Below, one piece after another: positions 1-11,323 of a stretch of DNA of 63,009 bases. The stretch's first letter is position 1. Each line of letters starts with the position of its first letter. Location: positions 1 to 63,009 of the forward strand of contig DATECU010000322.1 of NCBI GenBank assembly GCA_035286745.1, read 5' to 3'. The DNA is from Vicinamibacteria bacterium. Lineage in GTDB: Bacteria > Acidobacteriota > Vicinamibacteria > Fen-336. The notes below the pieces were generated by a model. That model had not been told where the DNA came from. It made no database searches and saw only the letters and a program-made list of their open reading frames with translations. The position numbers were made by a program, and so were the translations under genes.

Positions 1-35
1 CCGCCCCCCCACCCCCCGGATCCGGACTTCAGACG

Positions 36-1445
36 CTACGGGTGGCTCTCAGCACGGAGGTCCTGGCGGGCGGCAGCGGCCAGCTCTTGGCAGAAGCCGC
101 GGATTACCGCTTCGTCGGGCCCCTCCACCATGATGCGGAGCTTGGGCTCGGTGCCGCTCCAGCGCACCAGCACCCGACCCTCCGCGCCCAGCGCGGCCTT
201 GACGCGGCCCAACGTGTGCTGCAGGCCGGCCAGCTCCTCCAGCGGCCGGCGGGCGGGCAGGGTGATGTTCTCCAGGAGCTGGGGCACCTTCTCCATGGCC
301 CCCCGAGCCAGCTCCGATAGCGGCTTGCCGGTGCGCACCATGAGGGCCAGCACCTGGAGCCCGCCCACAATGCCATCGCCGGTCGAGGCGTGGTCCAGGA
401 ACACCAGATGTCCGGACTGCTCGCCCCCCAGGTTGTAGCCTCCCTGGCGCATGGCCGCCACCACATAACGGTCGCCCACCGGGGTTCGCACCAGCCGGAG
501 CCCCCGGGCCTGAAGGGCCCGCTCCAGGCCCAGGTTGCTCATCACGGTGGCCACCACCGCCCCGTTCCTGAGCTCGCCGTCTTGCGCCATGCGCTGGGCA
601 CACATGGCCATCACCACGTCGCCGTCGACGATCTGGCCCTTCTCGTCGACCACGATCACCCGGTCGGCGTCGCCGTCCAGGGCGATCCCCAGGTGCGCCT
701 CGCGGCGCACCACCTCGGCTCGCACGTTATCCGGGTGCAGGGCCCCCGAGTCCCGGTTGATGTTGGTGCCGTTCGGCTTCACCCCCAGGGCCGTCACCTT
801 GGCCCCCAGCTCCTGGAACACCAGGGGCGCCACCCGGTAGGCGGCGCCGTGGGCAGCGTCCACCACCACCCGCACCCCGTCCAGGGAGAGGTCGCGGGGA
901 AAGGTGTTCTTGGCGAAGACCACATAACGACCCCGGGCATCCTCCAGCTTCACCGCCCGGCCGATGCCGGGACCGGTCTTGCGCTGGCCCAGCAGGGCCT
1001 CGTCGCTCATCAGGGTCTCGATCTCCGCCTCGGTCTGGTCCGGGAGCTTGAAGCCGTCGTCGCCGAAGACCTTGATCCCGTTGTCGTCGTAGGGGTTGTG
1101 GCTGGCGCTGATCACCACCCCGGCGTCGGCGCGCATGCTGACCGTGAGGTGGGCCACCGCCGGGGTGGGGATGGGTCCGCACAGCATCACCCGCCCGCCC
1201 ATGGAACAGATGCCGGAGGCCAGCGCGGTCTCCAGCATGTATCCCGAGAGGCGGGTGTCCTTGCCGATCAGGATGCGCGGGGTGTGGGCCTTTCCCCGGC
1301 CGGCGACATAGGTGATGGCGCGGCCCAGGGAAAGGGCCAGCTCCGGTGTCATGGGGTGAGCATTGGCGACACCCCGGATGCCGTCGGTGCCGAACAGCCG
1401 TCTCAGGGCGACCCTGGTCTCGGGGTCACGACTTCGTGGTTCCAC
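36..1445 (-). CDS. glmM: phosphoglucosamine mutase
   Basis: 469-aa ORF with N-terminal LFGTDGIRG and the phosphoserine loop SASHNPYDDNGIK. GTG start. Overlaps the upstream ybbR-like gene by 20 nt. Confidence 0.93.
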   Translation of the reverse strand: MEPRSRDPETRVALRRLFGTDGIRGVANAHPMTPELALSLGRAITYVAGRGKAHTPRILIGKDTRLSGYMLETALASGICSMGGRVMLCGPIPTPAVAHLTVSMRADAGVVISASHNPYDDNGIKVFGDDGFKLPDQTEAEIETLMSDEALLGQRKTGPGIGRAVKLEDARGRYVVFAKNTFPRDLSLDGVRVVVDAAHGAAYRVAPLVFQELGAKVTALGVKPNGTNINRDSGALHPDNVRAEVVRREAHLGIALDGDADRVIVVDEKGQIVDGDVVMAMCAQRMAQDGELRNGAVVATVMSNLGLERALQARGLRLVRTPVGDRYVVAAMRQGGYNLGGEQSGHLVFLDHASTGDGIVGGLQVLALMVRTGKPLSELARGAMEKVPQLLENITLPARRPLEELAGLQHTLGRVKAALGAEGRVLVRWSGTEPKLRIMVEGPDEAVIRGFCQELAAAARQDLRAESHP

Positions 1446-2385
1446 GTCTCTCCTCTGGCTGGCTGGGGCTGTCTCCGCCCTTCTTCCGCAGCGAACGAAC
1501 GACGACCTCAGCGGGCTGGATCTCCCTCACCGTCACCCCCGACGCCCCTGGCCCCAAGCTCACCTCCACCCTCAAGGGCCCGCGCACGTTGCCTGTCAGC
1601 TCGACGTGGGGATGGATCGCCGAGGCCTGGATTCGCTTCAGGATCGAGGCCGCGCCGCTGAGCACGACCGCCACCCGGGCCGGGTGCAACACCGCGCTGC
1701 CACCCCGCACCTCCACTTCCAGATCGCCAAAGGTCCGGCTGTCCTGCACTTCGCGAATGCGGGCGGTGACCTTGGCCTTGGGGCTGCCCTGGATCCTGAG
1801 CAGGGGGTCGCCCAGGCCGATGTTGACCTGGGACACCACGGTGCCCCCGGCGCCCTCCAGCGAGACGGCCTCGGTGTAGGCGCTTGCCAGGTCGGCCACC
1901 CGACTCCGAGGACCCGAGACGCGGACCTCCTTGGGGTCGCTCGCGACCTCCGCCACCTCGTAGCCGGGGGCCGGCCGCCCTAGCAGGCGCGGGTGGATGG
2001 GCACCGTCTTCTGCTGGGTGTGCTCCAGGTTCAGGGTCAGGATGGCCGGGCTGATCTTCACCACCTTGACGCCAAAGGGCACCCGGATGGCTTCGGCCGT
2101 CAGGTGCATGATGTGTTCGCCCTCGGCCATGCCGTGAAGATCGACGATGGCCGACACGTCCCCGGGGTTCAGGCGGTGGATCACGCCCGGCGAGGCCCGC
2201 AGGCGCACCTCCACGCTGTTCACAGGGTCCCCGGTCAACTCCAACTCGGCCGGGAAGTTCTGCAGCTCCACCGGGGCCTGGAGGCCCATCTCCGAGGTCT
2301 TCTCCCCGGCAATCACGAACCAGAGCAGAACGGCGAGCCCCAGGCTCACGACTTTGAGGGCGAGGTTCTCGAAGAAGGAGCCCAT
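1426..2385 (-). CDS. cdaR: YbbR-domain protein (CdaR-like regulator of diadenylate cyclase)
   Basis: N-terminal TM helix (LGLAVLLWFVIAG) followed by repeated beta-rich segments. Lies between cdaA and glmM, as in the conserved cdaA-cdaR-glmM operon. Confidence 0.7.
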   Translation of the reverse strand: MGSFFENLALKVVSLGLAVLLWFVIAGEKTSEMGLQAPVELQNFPAELELTGDPVNSVEVRLRASPGVIHRLNPGDVSAIVDLHGMAEGEHIMHLTAEAIRVPFGVKVVKISPAILTLNLEHTQQKTVPIHPRLLGRPAPGYEVAEVASDPKEVRVSGPRSRVADLASAYTEAVSLEGAGGTVVSQVNIGLGDPLLRIQGSPKAKVTARIREVQDSRTFGDLEVEVRGGSAVLHPARVAVVLSGAASILKRIQASAIHPHVELTGNVRGPLRVEVSLGPGASGVTVREIQPAEVVVRSLRKKGGDSPSQPEERRGTTKS

Positions 2386-2389
2386 CGGC

Positions 2390-3235
2390 CTACTCGTCCA
2401 CCGCGGCGGCCGCGTCCTTGGCTTCGGGGTTCTCGCTGCCGACCGGCGCTTCCTCGGCCTCCTCGACCTCCAGGGCTTCCAAGAGCGCCGCCTTCAGCGT
2501 CCGCCCGTCGTGATCGCGCCGGATCTTGCCCTCGGCCACCAGGGAGATGATCCCGGTCTCCTCGGAGACCACCACCGCCAGGGCATCCGTGTCCTCGGTC
2601 ACACCGATGGCGGCGCGGTGGCGGCTGCCCAGTTGGCGCGACAGCTCGGGGTTCACGGTCAGGGGCAGGAAGCAGGCCGCCGCCGCCACCCGATCCCCCT
2701 GAATCACCACCGCCCCGTCGTGAAGCGGCGTTCCGGGGTTGAAGACGCTGATCAGCAGATCGTAGGTGAGCGCCGCGTCCAACGCGATCCCGGTCTCGAC
2801 GTAGCTCCGAAGCCCCATCTCCCGCTCGATCACCATGATGGCCCCGGTCTTGTGGCTGGCCAGGGTGGTCGCCGCCAGCACCACCTCGTCGACCATGGCT
2901 TCCGTTCGTTGGGCGCTGAAGGCCCCCAGGAGCGGGGTCTTGCCCAGGTGAGCCAGCACCTTCCGGATCTCGGCCTGGAAGACCACGATGATGCCGAAGA
3001 CCACATAGGGCAGGAAGGTGCGCAGGATCCAGTTCACCGTCTGCAAGTCGGCCCACTGGGAGATCCAGTAGAAGACCGTGAGCACCATCGCCCCCAGCGC
3101 CATCTGGACGGCGTGGGTTCCCCGGATCAGCTGCAGGAGCTGGTAGATGATGAAGGCCACGATCAGGATGTCCAGCAGGTCGAGCCACGAGAACTCGGTG
3201 GCGGCCAGGAACGTCGCTATGCGTTGCAGGATCAT
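2390..3235 (-). CDS. cdaA: diadenylate cyclase CdaA
   Basis: Three N-terminal TM helices, then a DAC domain with DGAVVI and RHRAAIG motifs. ATG at 3235 (MILQRIA...) chosen as start. The 80-codon upstream extension in the ORF track (to 3475) runs through an intergenic repeat. Confidence 0.88.
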   Translation of the reverse strand: MILQRIATFLAATEFSWLDLLDILIVAFIIYQLLQLIRGTHAVQMALGAMVLTVFYWISQWADLQTVNWILRTFLPYVVFGIIVVFQAEIRKVLAHLGKTPLLGAFSAQRTEAMVDEVVLAATTLASHKTGAIMVIEREMGLRSYVETGIALDAALTYDLLISVFNPGTPLHDGAVVIQGDRVAAAACFLPLTVNPELSRQLGSRHRAAIGVTEDTDALAVVVSEETGIISLVAEGKIRRDHDGRTLKAALLEALEVEEAEEAPVGSENPEAKDAAAAVDE

Positions 3236-3260
3236 GGGGCGCCTGCCGGGACCGAAGGAA

Positions 3261-3379
3261 GACCACAGAGGCGCAGAGGCACAGAGGAGGAGAAGGGGAA
3301 ACCGCCGGCCAGAAGCGGAACGGATGGCGATCGGCCCGCGCAGGTGCGCATCGAGGTGCCCCACGCGCGACTCGCGAGG
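3261..3379. repeat. solo copy of CACAGAG-type intergenic repeat (family A)
   Basis: The stretch gaccacagaggcgcagaggcacagagg...accgccggccagaagcggaacgga...gcgactcgcgagg shares blocks with copies at 33455-33510 (caccacagaggcacagag...accgccggccgcaagcggaacgga) and 9824-9970 (gcgactcgcgagc). Confidence 0.7.
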
Positions 3380-3584
3380 CCCGAATCGTAGTCCAATGAC
3401 AATGGCCGAGCGTCGGAGCGCGGAGCGGCACCTGGATGCCAGCGCGGGCCGGCGCCGAGGAATCCTCGCAAACAAACGGCCGGGCGGGGCAAGGGTGCTT
3501 CCGCTGCCTCCTGTCGCGTTGGCCGTGCTGGAATACGCGTCAAGCTCTTCGTGTCCTTTGTACCAGGCCTCTGGGGTTCTTCGT

Positions 3585-4391
3585 TCAGCTCCCCAGGATG
3601 GCGTCGCACACGCGCGCCACCTCCACCATCTCCCTGACGTCGTGGACCCGCACCAGGTGGGCGCCCCCCAGGATCGAGGCCGCCACCGCGGCCGCCGTCC
3701 CCAGGAGCCGCCGCTCCACCGGCAGATCCAGCACCTTTCCGATGAAGCTCTTCCGGGAGGGCCCCACCAGGATGGGACAGTCTAACGTAGAAAGCTCGGG
3801 GAGTCGCCGCAAGACCTCCAGGCTGTGGCTTGCCTCCTTGGCAAAGCCGATCCCGGGGTCGGCGATGACCCGATCCCGGGGTACTCCCGCCCGCTCGGCG
3901 ACCGCCAGACGCTCCTGAAGCTCGGCCACGACATCCCTCATCACGTCCGCGTAGACCGGCCTTGCGTGCATCCCCGCGAAATCGCCCCGCAAGTGCATCA
4001 GCACCGCGGGGACGCCCCGGGCGGCCACCAGTCCGGCCATCCCGGGGTCGAAGCGGAAGCCGCTCACGTCGTTCACCATGGCCGCCCCGGCGTCGAGAGC
4101 GGCCTCGGCCACGGCTGCCTTGGTGGTGTCGATCGAGACCGGGCCCGAACCACGGCGCGCCAGCTCCCTGATGACCGGCACCACGCGGCTCTGCTCCTCC
4201 TCGGCGTCGACCCGGGCCGCGCCGCCGGGGCGGGTCGACTCCCCGCCCACGTCGACCAGGTCGGCCCCGGCCTCGAAGAGAGCGAGACCCTGGGCCACGG
4301 CGGCGTCACATTGGGCGAAGAGGCCTCCGTCGGAGAAGGAATCCGGAGTGACGTTGAGGACGCCCATCACCCACGTCCTTTCCCCGAGCAC
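3585..4391 (-). CDS. folP: dihydropteroate synthase
   Basis: 268 aa. Pterin-binding domain with VMGVLNVTPDSFSDGG and DVGGESTRPG motifs. Confidence 0.92.
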   Translation of the reverse strand: MLGERTWVMGVLNVTPDSFSDGGLFAQCDAAVAQGLALFEAGADLVDVGGESTRPGGAARVDAEEEQSRVVPVIRELARRGSGPVSIDTTKAAVAEAALDAGAAMVNDVSGFRFDPGMAGLVAARGVPAVLMHLRGDFAGMHARPVYADVMRDVVAELQERLAVAERAGVPRDRVIADPGIGFAKEASHSLEVLRRLPELSTLDCPILVGPSRKSFIGKVLDLPVERRLLGTAAAVAASILGGAHLVRVHDVREMVEVARVCDAILGS

Positions 4392-4479
4392 GACCTCCCG
4401 CCCCCCGAGGGAGAAGCGGAAGCGGCGTCTTCTGACCGGCTCCGGCGGCTCGATGGGCGCCCCCGAGACTCCGATGCCT

Positions 4480-6392
<1,913 letters not shown>

Positions 6393-6396
<4 letters not shown>

Positions 6397-6971
6397 TTTG
6401 AGGCCTCCGTCCCCCGGCGCGCGAGGCTCGCCCGAGGGATTGTTCCGAGATAGGGCAGCCCCCGGTAGCGCTCGTCGTAGTCCAGGCCGTAGCCCACGAT
6501 GAAGGGATCGTCGGGAAGCGGCTCCTTGATGGTGAAAGCGGCCCAGTCGGGGCTCACCTCGATCTTGCGGTCACCGGGCTTGTCGATGAGTGCGCATACC
6601 TTGAGGCTCCGCGGCTTGCGCTCGCGGATGTGGTCCAAGAGGAAGTTCAGGGTGATCCCGGTGTCGATCACCGGGTCGAGGAGCAGGATGTCCTGGTCCT
6701 CGTAGGGGAACTCCGCCGAGAACACGATGTCGGTGCGGGGGGTGCCGCCGGATCCGGGGTCTCGGAGCGACGAGGTCTTCAGGAAGTGACAGGTGCTGTC
6801 GAGCGGGATCTCGCGGATGAGGTCGGCCATGAACACTAGGCAGCTCCTCATGCGCCCCACCACGCAGACCTCCTTGCCTTCGAAGGTGCGAGCGATCTGC
6901 GCCGCCAGGTCCCGGACTCGCCGGGCGATTTCGTCCTGGCCAAACAGTACGGCGGGCTTGGGCATCGTCAT
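6393..6971 (-). CDS. hpt: hypoxanthine phosphoribosyltransferase
   Basis: PRPP-binding loop [18 protein letters not shown] at 6971 overlaps the tilS stop (ATGA). The longer 231-aa track ORF is an over-extension into tilS. Confidence 0.88.
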
Positions 6972-8365
6972 GCAGTCTTGGTCCCCGCATCGGCCCCGGA
7001 CCTCTTGGCCCGGGACGCCACCATCTCCAAACGCACGTAGCGCCGGCTCCCGGCTGCGCTCGAGGCCAGGCGCTGGCCCGGCACCCACAGCACTCGGTTC
7101 CCTGACGCCACGAGGGGAAGGCCGCCCCGCCGATCGGCGGGCACCTTCCCCCGAATGAGCAAACGCTTGAGGCTCTCTTCCCGTTCCCTGAGTACGATGC
7201 GGTCACCCGGACGCCTGGTGCGCACTTCCAGCGGCCCCGCCGGGCGCGGCACCACCGCGCTCCACTCTTGAGACACCGCGGGCCCCCCATCCGGCCGGGC
7301 CACCACGGTCCACCCCCCGGGAAGCTCCACCTGGCCTGGCACAGCGAGCGGAAAGGCAAAGGGGTGAGGCGCTTGCCGGCGAGGGCCGATCACGATCTCC
7401 CCGAAACGGAAGACCGCTTCACGTCCCCCCGGCAGTGGCAGACGGCGACCCGAGGGCGCGGCCGAGCAACCGAGATCTACGATGCGCTCGAGGTGAGCGC
7501 TTTGGACGCTCTTGAGACCGCCAACCTCGGCAATGGCGCGCCGCACCACAGCCCGGGCCAGGGCCCTGGGAGCCGCCCCCAGGGCGACCCGCGAGAGCGT
7601 CACCGTCTCGGCCTGCTTGGTGGCAACTCGCGACCACAAGGTCTCGACTGCCGGTAGCAGGGCGCAGGCCTCGTCGGCCAGGAGGTGAGCCGTCCGGGCC
7701 AGCGTCTCGCGAAGCGCCGGGTTGAAGCGCGCCTCCAGGTAGGGGATCAGCTCGGAGCGCACCCGGTTCCGCAGGAGACTGGTGTCGGCGTTAGTCGGAT
7801 CCTGACGCCACGGCAGCCCTCTGGTCTCCAGATGTTGGAGCACCTGGCGGCGGGAGGTGCCGAGCAGCGGCCGCACCAGATCGCCGGCCCGGGGCCGCAT
7901 CGCCCCCAGGCCCACGCTGCCGGCGCCCCGCAACAGGCGCAGCAGGAAGGTCTCGGCCTGATCGTCGCGGGTGTGGGCGACCGCAATCGACTCGGCGGCT
8001 TCCGCCTGTTTCACAGCCCGCAGAAAAGCGTAGCGCTCGACGCGCGCCGCGTCCTCGATGCCCGATCGGTCCCGCTCGGCGCGCCCCCGGACATCGGCGG
8101 GCCCGGTTCGCAGGGCAACGCCCAGGCGCTGGCAGAGGGCCTGGCAGAAGAGAACGTCGGCGGCGGAATCGGGGCGAAGACCGTGGTCCAGATGGGCAGC
8201 GATGAGGGGGAAGCCCTGGGTGGCGGCCAGCGAGACCAGGACGTCGAGGAGCGCGACCGAGTCAGCGCCGCCCGACAGCCCGACCACCATCCCCCGCCCG
8301 GCGGACGGCAACCCCAGATCCCGAAGGGACCTTCGGACCGCCACTTCGACGGGGGTTCGCCTCAC
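6968..8365 (-). CDS. tilS: tRNA(Ile)-lysidine synthase
   Basis: 465 aa. N-terminal PP-loop VGLSGGADSVALL, central HTRDDQAETFLLRLLRG, and a C-terminal TilS substrate-binding-type domain. Confidence 0.9.
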   Translation of the reverse strand: MRRTPVEVAVRRSLRDLGLPSAGRGMVVGLSGGADSVALLDVLVSLAATQGFPLIAAHLDHGLRPDSAADVLFCQALCQRLGVALRTGPADVRGRAERDRSGIEDAARVERYAFLRAVKQAEAAESIAVAHTRDDQAETFLLRLLRGAGSVGLGAMRPRAGDLVRPLLGTSRRQVLQHLETRGLPWRQDPTNADTSLLRNRVRSELIPYLEARFNPALRETLARTAHLLADEACALLPAVETLWSRVATKQAETVTLSRVALGAAPRALARAVVRRAIAEVGGLKSVQSAHLERIVDLGCSAAPSGRRLPLPGGREAVFRFGEIVIGPRRQAPHPFAFPLAVPGQVELPGGWTVVARPDGGPAVSQEWSAVVPRPAGPLEVRTRRPGDRIVLREREESLKRLLIRGKVPADRRGGLPLVASGNRVLWVPGQRLASSAAGSRRYVRLEMVASRAKRSGADAGTKTA

Positions 8366-8402
8366 CGGACATCGCCTCCAAGCTCAGGGACGGCAAGAAG
8401 AA

Positions 8403-8479
8403 TGGTGGCGGTGCAGGGACTTGAACCCCGGACGCCGCGGATATGAGCCGCGTGCTCTAACCAACTGAGCTACACCGCC
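8403..8479 (-). tRNA. tRNA with CAU anticodon (elongator tRNA-Met; tRNA-Ile2 not excluded)
   Basis: The reverse complement reads GGCGGTGTAGCTCAGTTGGTTAGAGCACGCGGCTCATATCCGCGGCGTCCGGGGTTCAAGTCCCTGCACCGCCACCA. It has a 7-bp acceptor stem, GCTC/GAGC D-stem, CGCGG/CCGCG anticodon stem with loop CT-CAT-AT, a TTCAAGT T-loop and an encoded CCA. G1:C72 is paired, so it is not an initiator. Confidence 0.9.
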
Positions 8480-8615
8480 ACGAGTGAGACAAAACAATAG
8501 AGGCCTTCTTGCAGGCCGTGGTACCGATCCGAGTGTACTACGGATTCGGGCGGGGTACCCGGCGCGGAAGGGCTTGAGGCCCCGGTGCTATACTCCGGCC
8601 CCGGGGGTCAGGCCT

Positions 8616-8780
8616 ATGGAGTGCGTCGGCTGTCACCAGGACGACGAAGCGACTCGCCTCAACAAGTGCCCGATCTGCTTCAAGTGGGTTTGCGATGAGT
8701 GCGCGCACCGCGCCATGGGTCGCATGTTCTGCACCAAGAAGTGCGCCGATCAGTTCTTCTTCGGCGACGACGACGAGTAG
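8616..8780 (+). CDS. Cys8 zinc-finger mini-protein (MYND/HIT-like spacing)
   Basis: 54 aa: MECVGCHQDDEATRLNKCPICFKWVCDECAHRAMGRMFCTKKCADQFFFGDDDE. Spacing is C-x2-C-x11-C-x2-C-x4-C-x2-C-x9-C-x3-C. GC3-rich codons. The upstream part of the 98-aa track ORF looks non-coding. Confidence 0.5.
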   Translation: MECVGCHQDDEATRLNKCPICFKWVCDECAHRAMGRMFCTKKCADQFFFGDDDE

Positions 8781-8843
8781 CGGCGCCCAATCTCAGCATC
8801 GGCCCGGCGGAGCGGCGCCCACCCGGCCGGGAAGAGGGATCTC

Positions 8844-9815
8844 GTGAGCTTTCCCGATGAACGTCCCCGCCGTCTGCGCAAGGGTGAGCGGCTCCGAGCC
8901 ATGGTCCGCGAGACACGGCTGTCCCCCGAGCAGCTGATTTATCCCCTCTTCGTCGTGCCCGGCGAGGGCGTGCGTCGCGAGATCGCGTCGCTTCCGGGCT
9001 GCTACCACCTCTCGGTGGATCAGGCCGCCCGCGAGGCCCAGGAGGTCGAGTCCCTCGGCCTCGCTGGCGTGATCCTCTTCGGTTTGCCCGAGGGGAAGGA
9101 TCCACTGGGCAGTCAGGGCTACGCGGACGATGGCGTGGTGCAGCAGGCGGTGAGAGCCATCCGCAGCGCCGCCAAGGACCTGCTGGTCGTCACCGACGTG
9201 TGCCTCTGCGAATACACGTCTCACGGCCACTGCGGCGTGATCGAGGGTGAGGAGGTCCGAAACGACGCCACCTTGCGCCTCTTGGCCAAGATGGCCCTCT
9301 CCCATGTGCGCGCCGGGGCCCAGGTGGTGGCGCCCTCGGACATGATGGACGGGCGTGTGGGTGCCATTCGTAAGGCGCTGGACCAGGACGGCTTCGCCGA
9401 CACCGCCATCCTGTCCTACGCTGCCAAGTATGCGTCCGGATTCTACGGGCCGTTCCGCGAGGCCGCCGACTCGGCCCCCCAGTTCGGCGATAGGCGCGGC
9501 TACCAGATGGATCCGGCCAACGTCCGCGAGGCCCTGCGTGAGGTGCGGCTCGATCTGGAGGAGGGCGCCGACATCCTGATGGTGAAGCCGGCTCTGCCCT
9601 ACCTGGATGTGATCCGGGCGGTGCGCGAGCTGTGCGACCGGCCGGTGGCCGCGTACAACGTGTCCGGCGAATACGCCATGATCAAAGCCGCCGCCGAGCG
9701 AGGCTGGATCGAGGAGCGCCGGGTGGTGTTGGAGACGCTGACCTCGATCCGTCGGGCTGGCGCCGACGTGATCCTCACCTACCACGCCAAGGACTTCGCC
9801 CGCTGGGTCTCATGA
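8844..9815 (+). CDS. hemB: porphobilinogen synthase (delta-aminolevulinate dehydratase)
   Basis: 323 aa, with ERPRRLR near the N-terminus, [11 protein letters not shown] and the Schiff-base lysine context [13 protein letters not shown] start. Confidence 0.94.
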   Translation: MSFPDERPRRLRKGERLRAMVRETRLSPEQLIYPLFVVPGEGVRREIASLPGCYHLSVDQAAREAQEVESLGLAGVILFGLPEGKDPLGSQGYADDGVVQQAVRAIRSAAKDLLVVTDVCLCEYTSHGHCGVIEGEEVRNDATLRLLAKMALSHVRAGAQVVAPSDMMDGRVGAIRKALDQDGFADTAILSYAAKYASGFYGPFREAADSAPQFGDRRGYQMDPANVREALREVRLDLEEGADILMVKPALPYLDVIRAVRELCDRPVAAYNVSGEYAMIKAAAERGWIEERRVVLETLTSIRRAGADVILTYHAKDFARWVS

Positions 9816-9823
9816 ACACGAAG

Positions 9824-9970
9824 AAACCACAGAGGCACAGAGACACAGAGGGAATGGAGAGAACGTCGCTGGGTCCCGCTTCGCTGTTTCCTGAGCGGCG
9901 GCGACTCGCGAGCAACTCCCTCCTCTCGTGCTTCTCCATTGCTTCCGTGCCTCTGTGTCTCTGTGGTTGC
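9824..9970. repeat. family A inverted-repeat element filling the hemB-hemL spacer
   Basis: The left arm is aaaccacagaggcacagagacacagagggaatggagagaacg (9824-9865). The right arm is cgtgcttctccattgcttccgtgcctctgtgtctctgtggttgc (9927-9970). The arms are imperfect reverse complements, and the core contains gcgactcgcgagc. Confidence 0.8.
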
Positions 9971-9985
9971 TCTCGCTGATTGGCC

Positions 9986-11266
9986 ATGACCCGCTCTGCT
10001 GAGCTGTTCGCTCGCGCACAACGAGTGATTCCCGGCGGCGTCAACTCCCCGGTGCGCGCCTTTCGGGCGGTGGGCGGCACGCCGCTCTTCATCGCCCGGG
10101 CCGAGGGGGCTCGCATCTTCGATGCCGACGGGCGCAGCTACCTCGACTACGTCGGCTCCTGGGGACCCATGATCCTGGGCCACGCCTTCCCGCCGGTGGT
10201 GAAGGCGGTGGAGGAGGCCGCGCACCGCGGCACCTCGTTCGGTGCTCCCTGTGAGGCCGAGGTGGAACTGGCCGAGCGGGTGGTACGCCTGGTCCCTTCC
10301 ATCGAAAAGGTGCGCTTCGTGTCCTCAGGAACCGAAGCCACCATGAGCGCTTTGCGTTTGGCGCGCGGGTTCACCGGCCGGCCCAAGATCCTGAAGTGCG
10401 AAGGCTGCTATCACGGCCACGCCGACTCGCTTCTGGTGGCGGCCGGTTCGGGGGTGGCCACCCTGTCCATCCCCGGTTCGCCCGGCGTGCCCGAGGGAAC
10501 GGTGAGCGACACGCTGGTGGCGCCCTTCAACGACATCCCCGCCGTCGAGCGGCTGGTGGCGGCGCATGGGCAGGACTTGGCTGCGCTGATCGTGGAGCCA
10601 GTGGCCGGCAACATGGGCTGCGTTGCTCCCGGCCCCGGCTATCTGGAAGCGCTCCGCGCGATCACGACGGGCTGCGGCGCGCTCCTGATCTTCGACGAGG
10701 TGATGACCGGGTTTCGTTTGGCGCCGGGCGGCGCCCAGGAGCGGTATGGGATCCGGCCCGATCTCACCTGCCTCGGTAAGATCGTGGGCGGCGGGCTGCC
10801 GGCGGCGGCCTACGGGGGCCGGGCGGACATCATGGATCGGGTGGCGCCGGTAGGCCCCGTCTACCAGGCGGGCACGCTCTCTGGGAATCCCCTGGCCATG
10901 GCCGCGGGCGCCGCCACCCTCGATCACCTGGTTAGGCCCGGCAACTACGAGCGGCTGGAAGCCCTCTCCGCGCGCCTGGAAGCGGGTCTCGTGGACGCGG
11001 TTCGCGAGATCGGGGTCTCGGCCACCGTCAATCGGCTGGGCTCCATGATTACCCTCTTCTTCTGTCCGGGACCGGTGATCGACTACGCCACCGCCAAGGC
11101 CGCGGACACCGGCCGCTTCGGCCGCTTCTTCCACGCCATGCTGGAGCACGGCGTCTATCTCCCGCCCGCCCAGTTCGAGGCCGCCTTCGTGTCGCTCGCC
11201 CACAGCGAAGCCGACATCGACGAGACCGTGAAAGCCGCCCGGGAGAGCCTCGCCGCTATTCGGTAG
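9986..11266 (+). CDS. hemL: glutamate-1-semialdehyde 2,1-aminomutase
   Basis: About 426 aa. [14 protein letters not shown] near the N-terminus and a class-III aminotransferase PLP-lysine context [14 protein letters not shown] 9986 is preferred over the TTG at 9980. Confidence 0.95.
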   Translation: MTRSAELFARAQRVIPGGVNSPVRAFRAVGGTPLFIARAEGARIFDADGRSYLDYVGSWGPMILGHAFPPVVKAVEEAAHRGTSFGAPCEAEVELAERVVRLVPSIEKVRFVSSGTEATMSALRLARGFTGRPKILKCEGCYHGHADSLLVAAGSGVATLSIPGSPGVPEGTVSDTLVAPFNDIPAVERLVAAHGQDLAALIVEPVAGNMGCVAPGPGYLEALRAITTGCGALLIFDEVMTGFRLAPGGAQERYGIRPDLTCLGKIVGGGLPAAAYGGRADIMDRVAPVGPVYQAGTLSGNPLAMAAGAATLDHLVRPGNYERLEALSARLEAGLVDAVREIGVSATVNRLGSMITLFFCPGPVIDYATAKAADTGRFGRFFHAMLEHGVYLPPAQFEAAFVSLAHSEADIDETVKAARESLAAIR

Positions 11267-11323
11267 GCGTGATGAGGAGCCTCGGACCCGGCTCGGGTCT
11301 TCCTGCGGGCTCTTGCTGCATGC

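Noticed and set aside
390-1661. 423-aa plus-strand ORF, and several other ORFs of 100-180 aa over glmM
   Set aside because: They are antisense or alternate frames of glmM, with His/Gly/Pro/Arg-rich composition typical of GC-rich shadow ORFs.
2390-3475. Long N-terminal extension of cdaA (361 aa)
   Set aside because: The first 80 codons are Arg/Ser/Pro-rich and run through the family A repeat (translating as LLLLCASAPLW). The CdaA TM region begins right at MILQRIA (ATG 3235).
9824-9970. CACAGAG repeats as a possible CRISPR array
   Set aside because: Copies are inverted rather than direct. There are no regularly spaced unique spacers and no cas genes, and the arms are imperfect. They are REP/MITE-like intergenic repeats.
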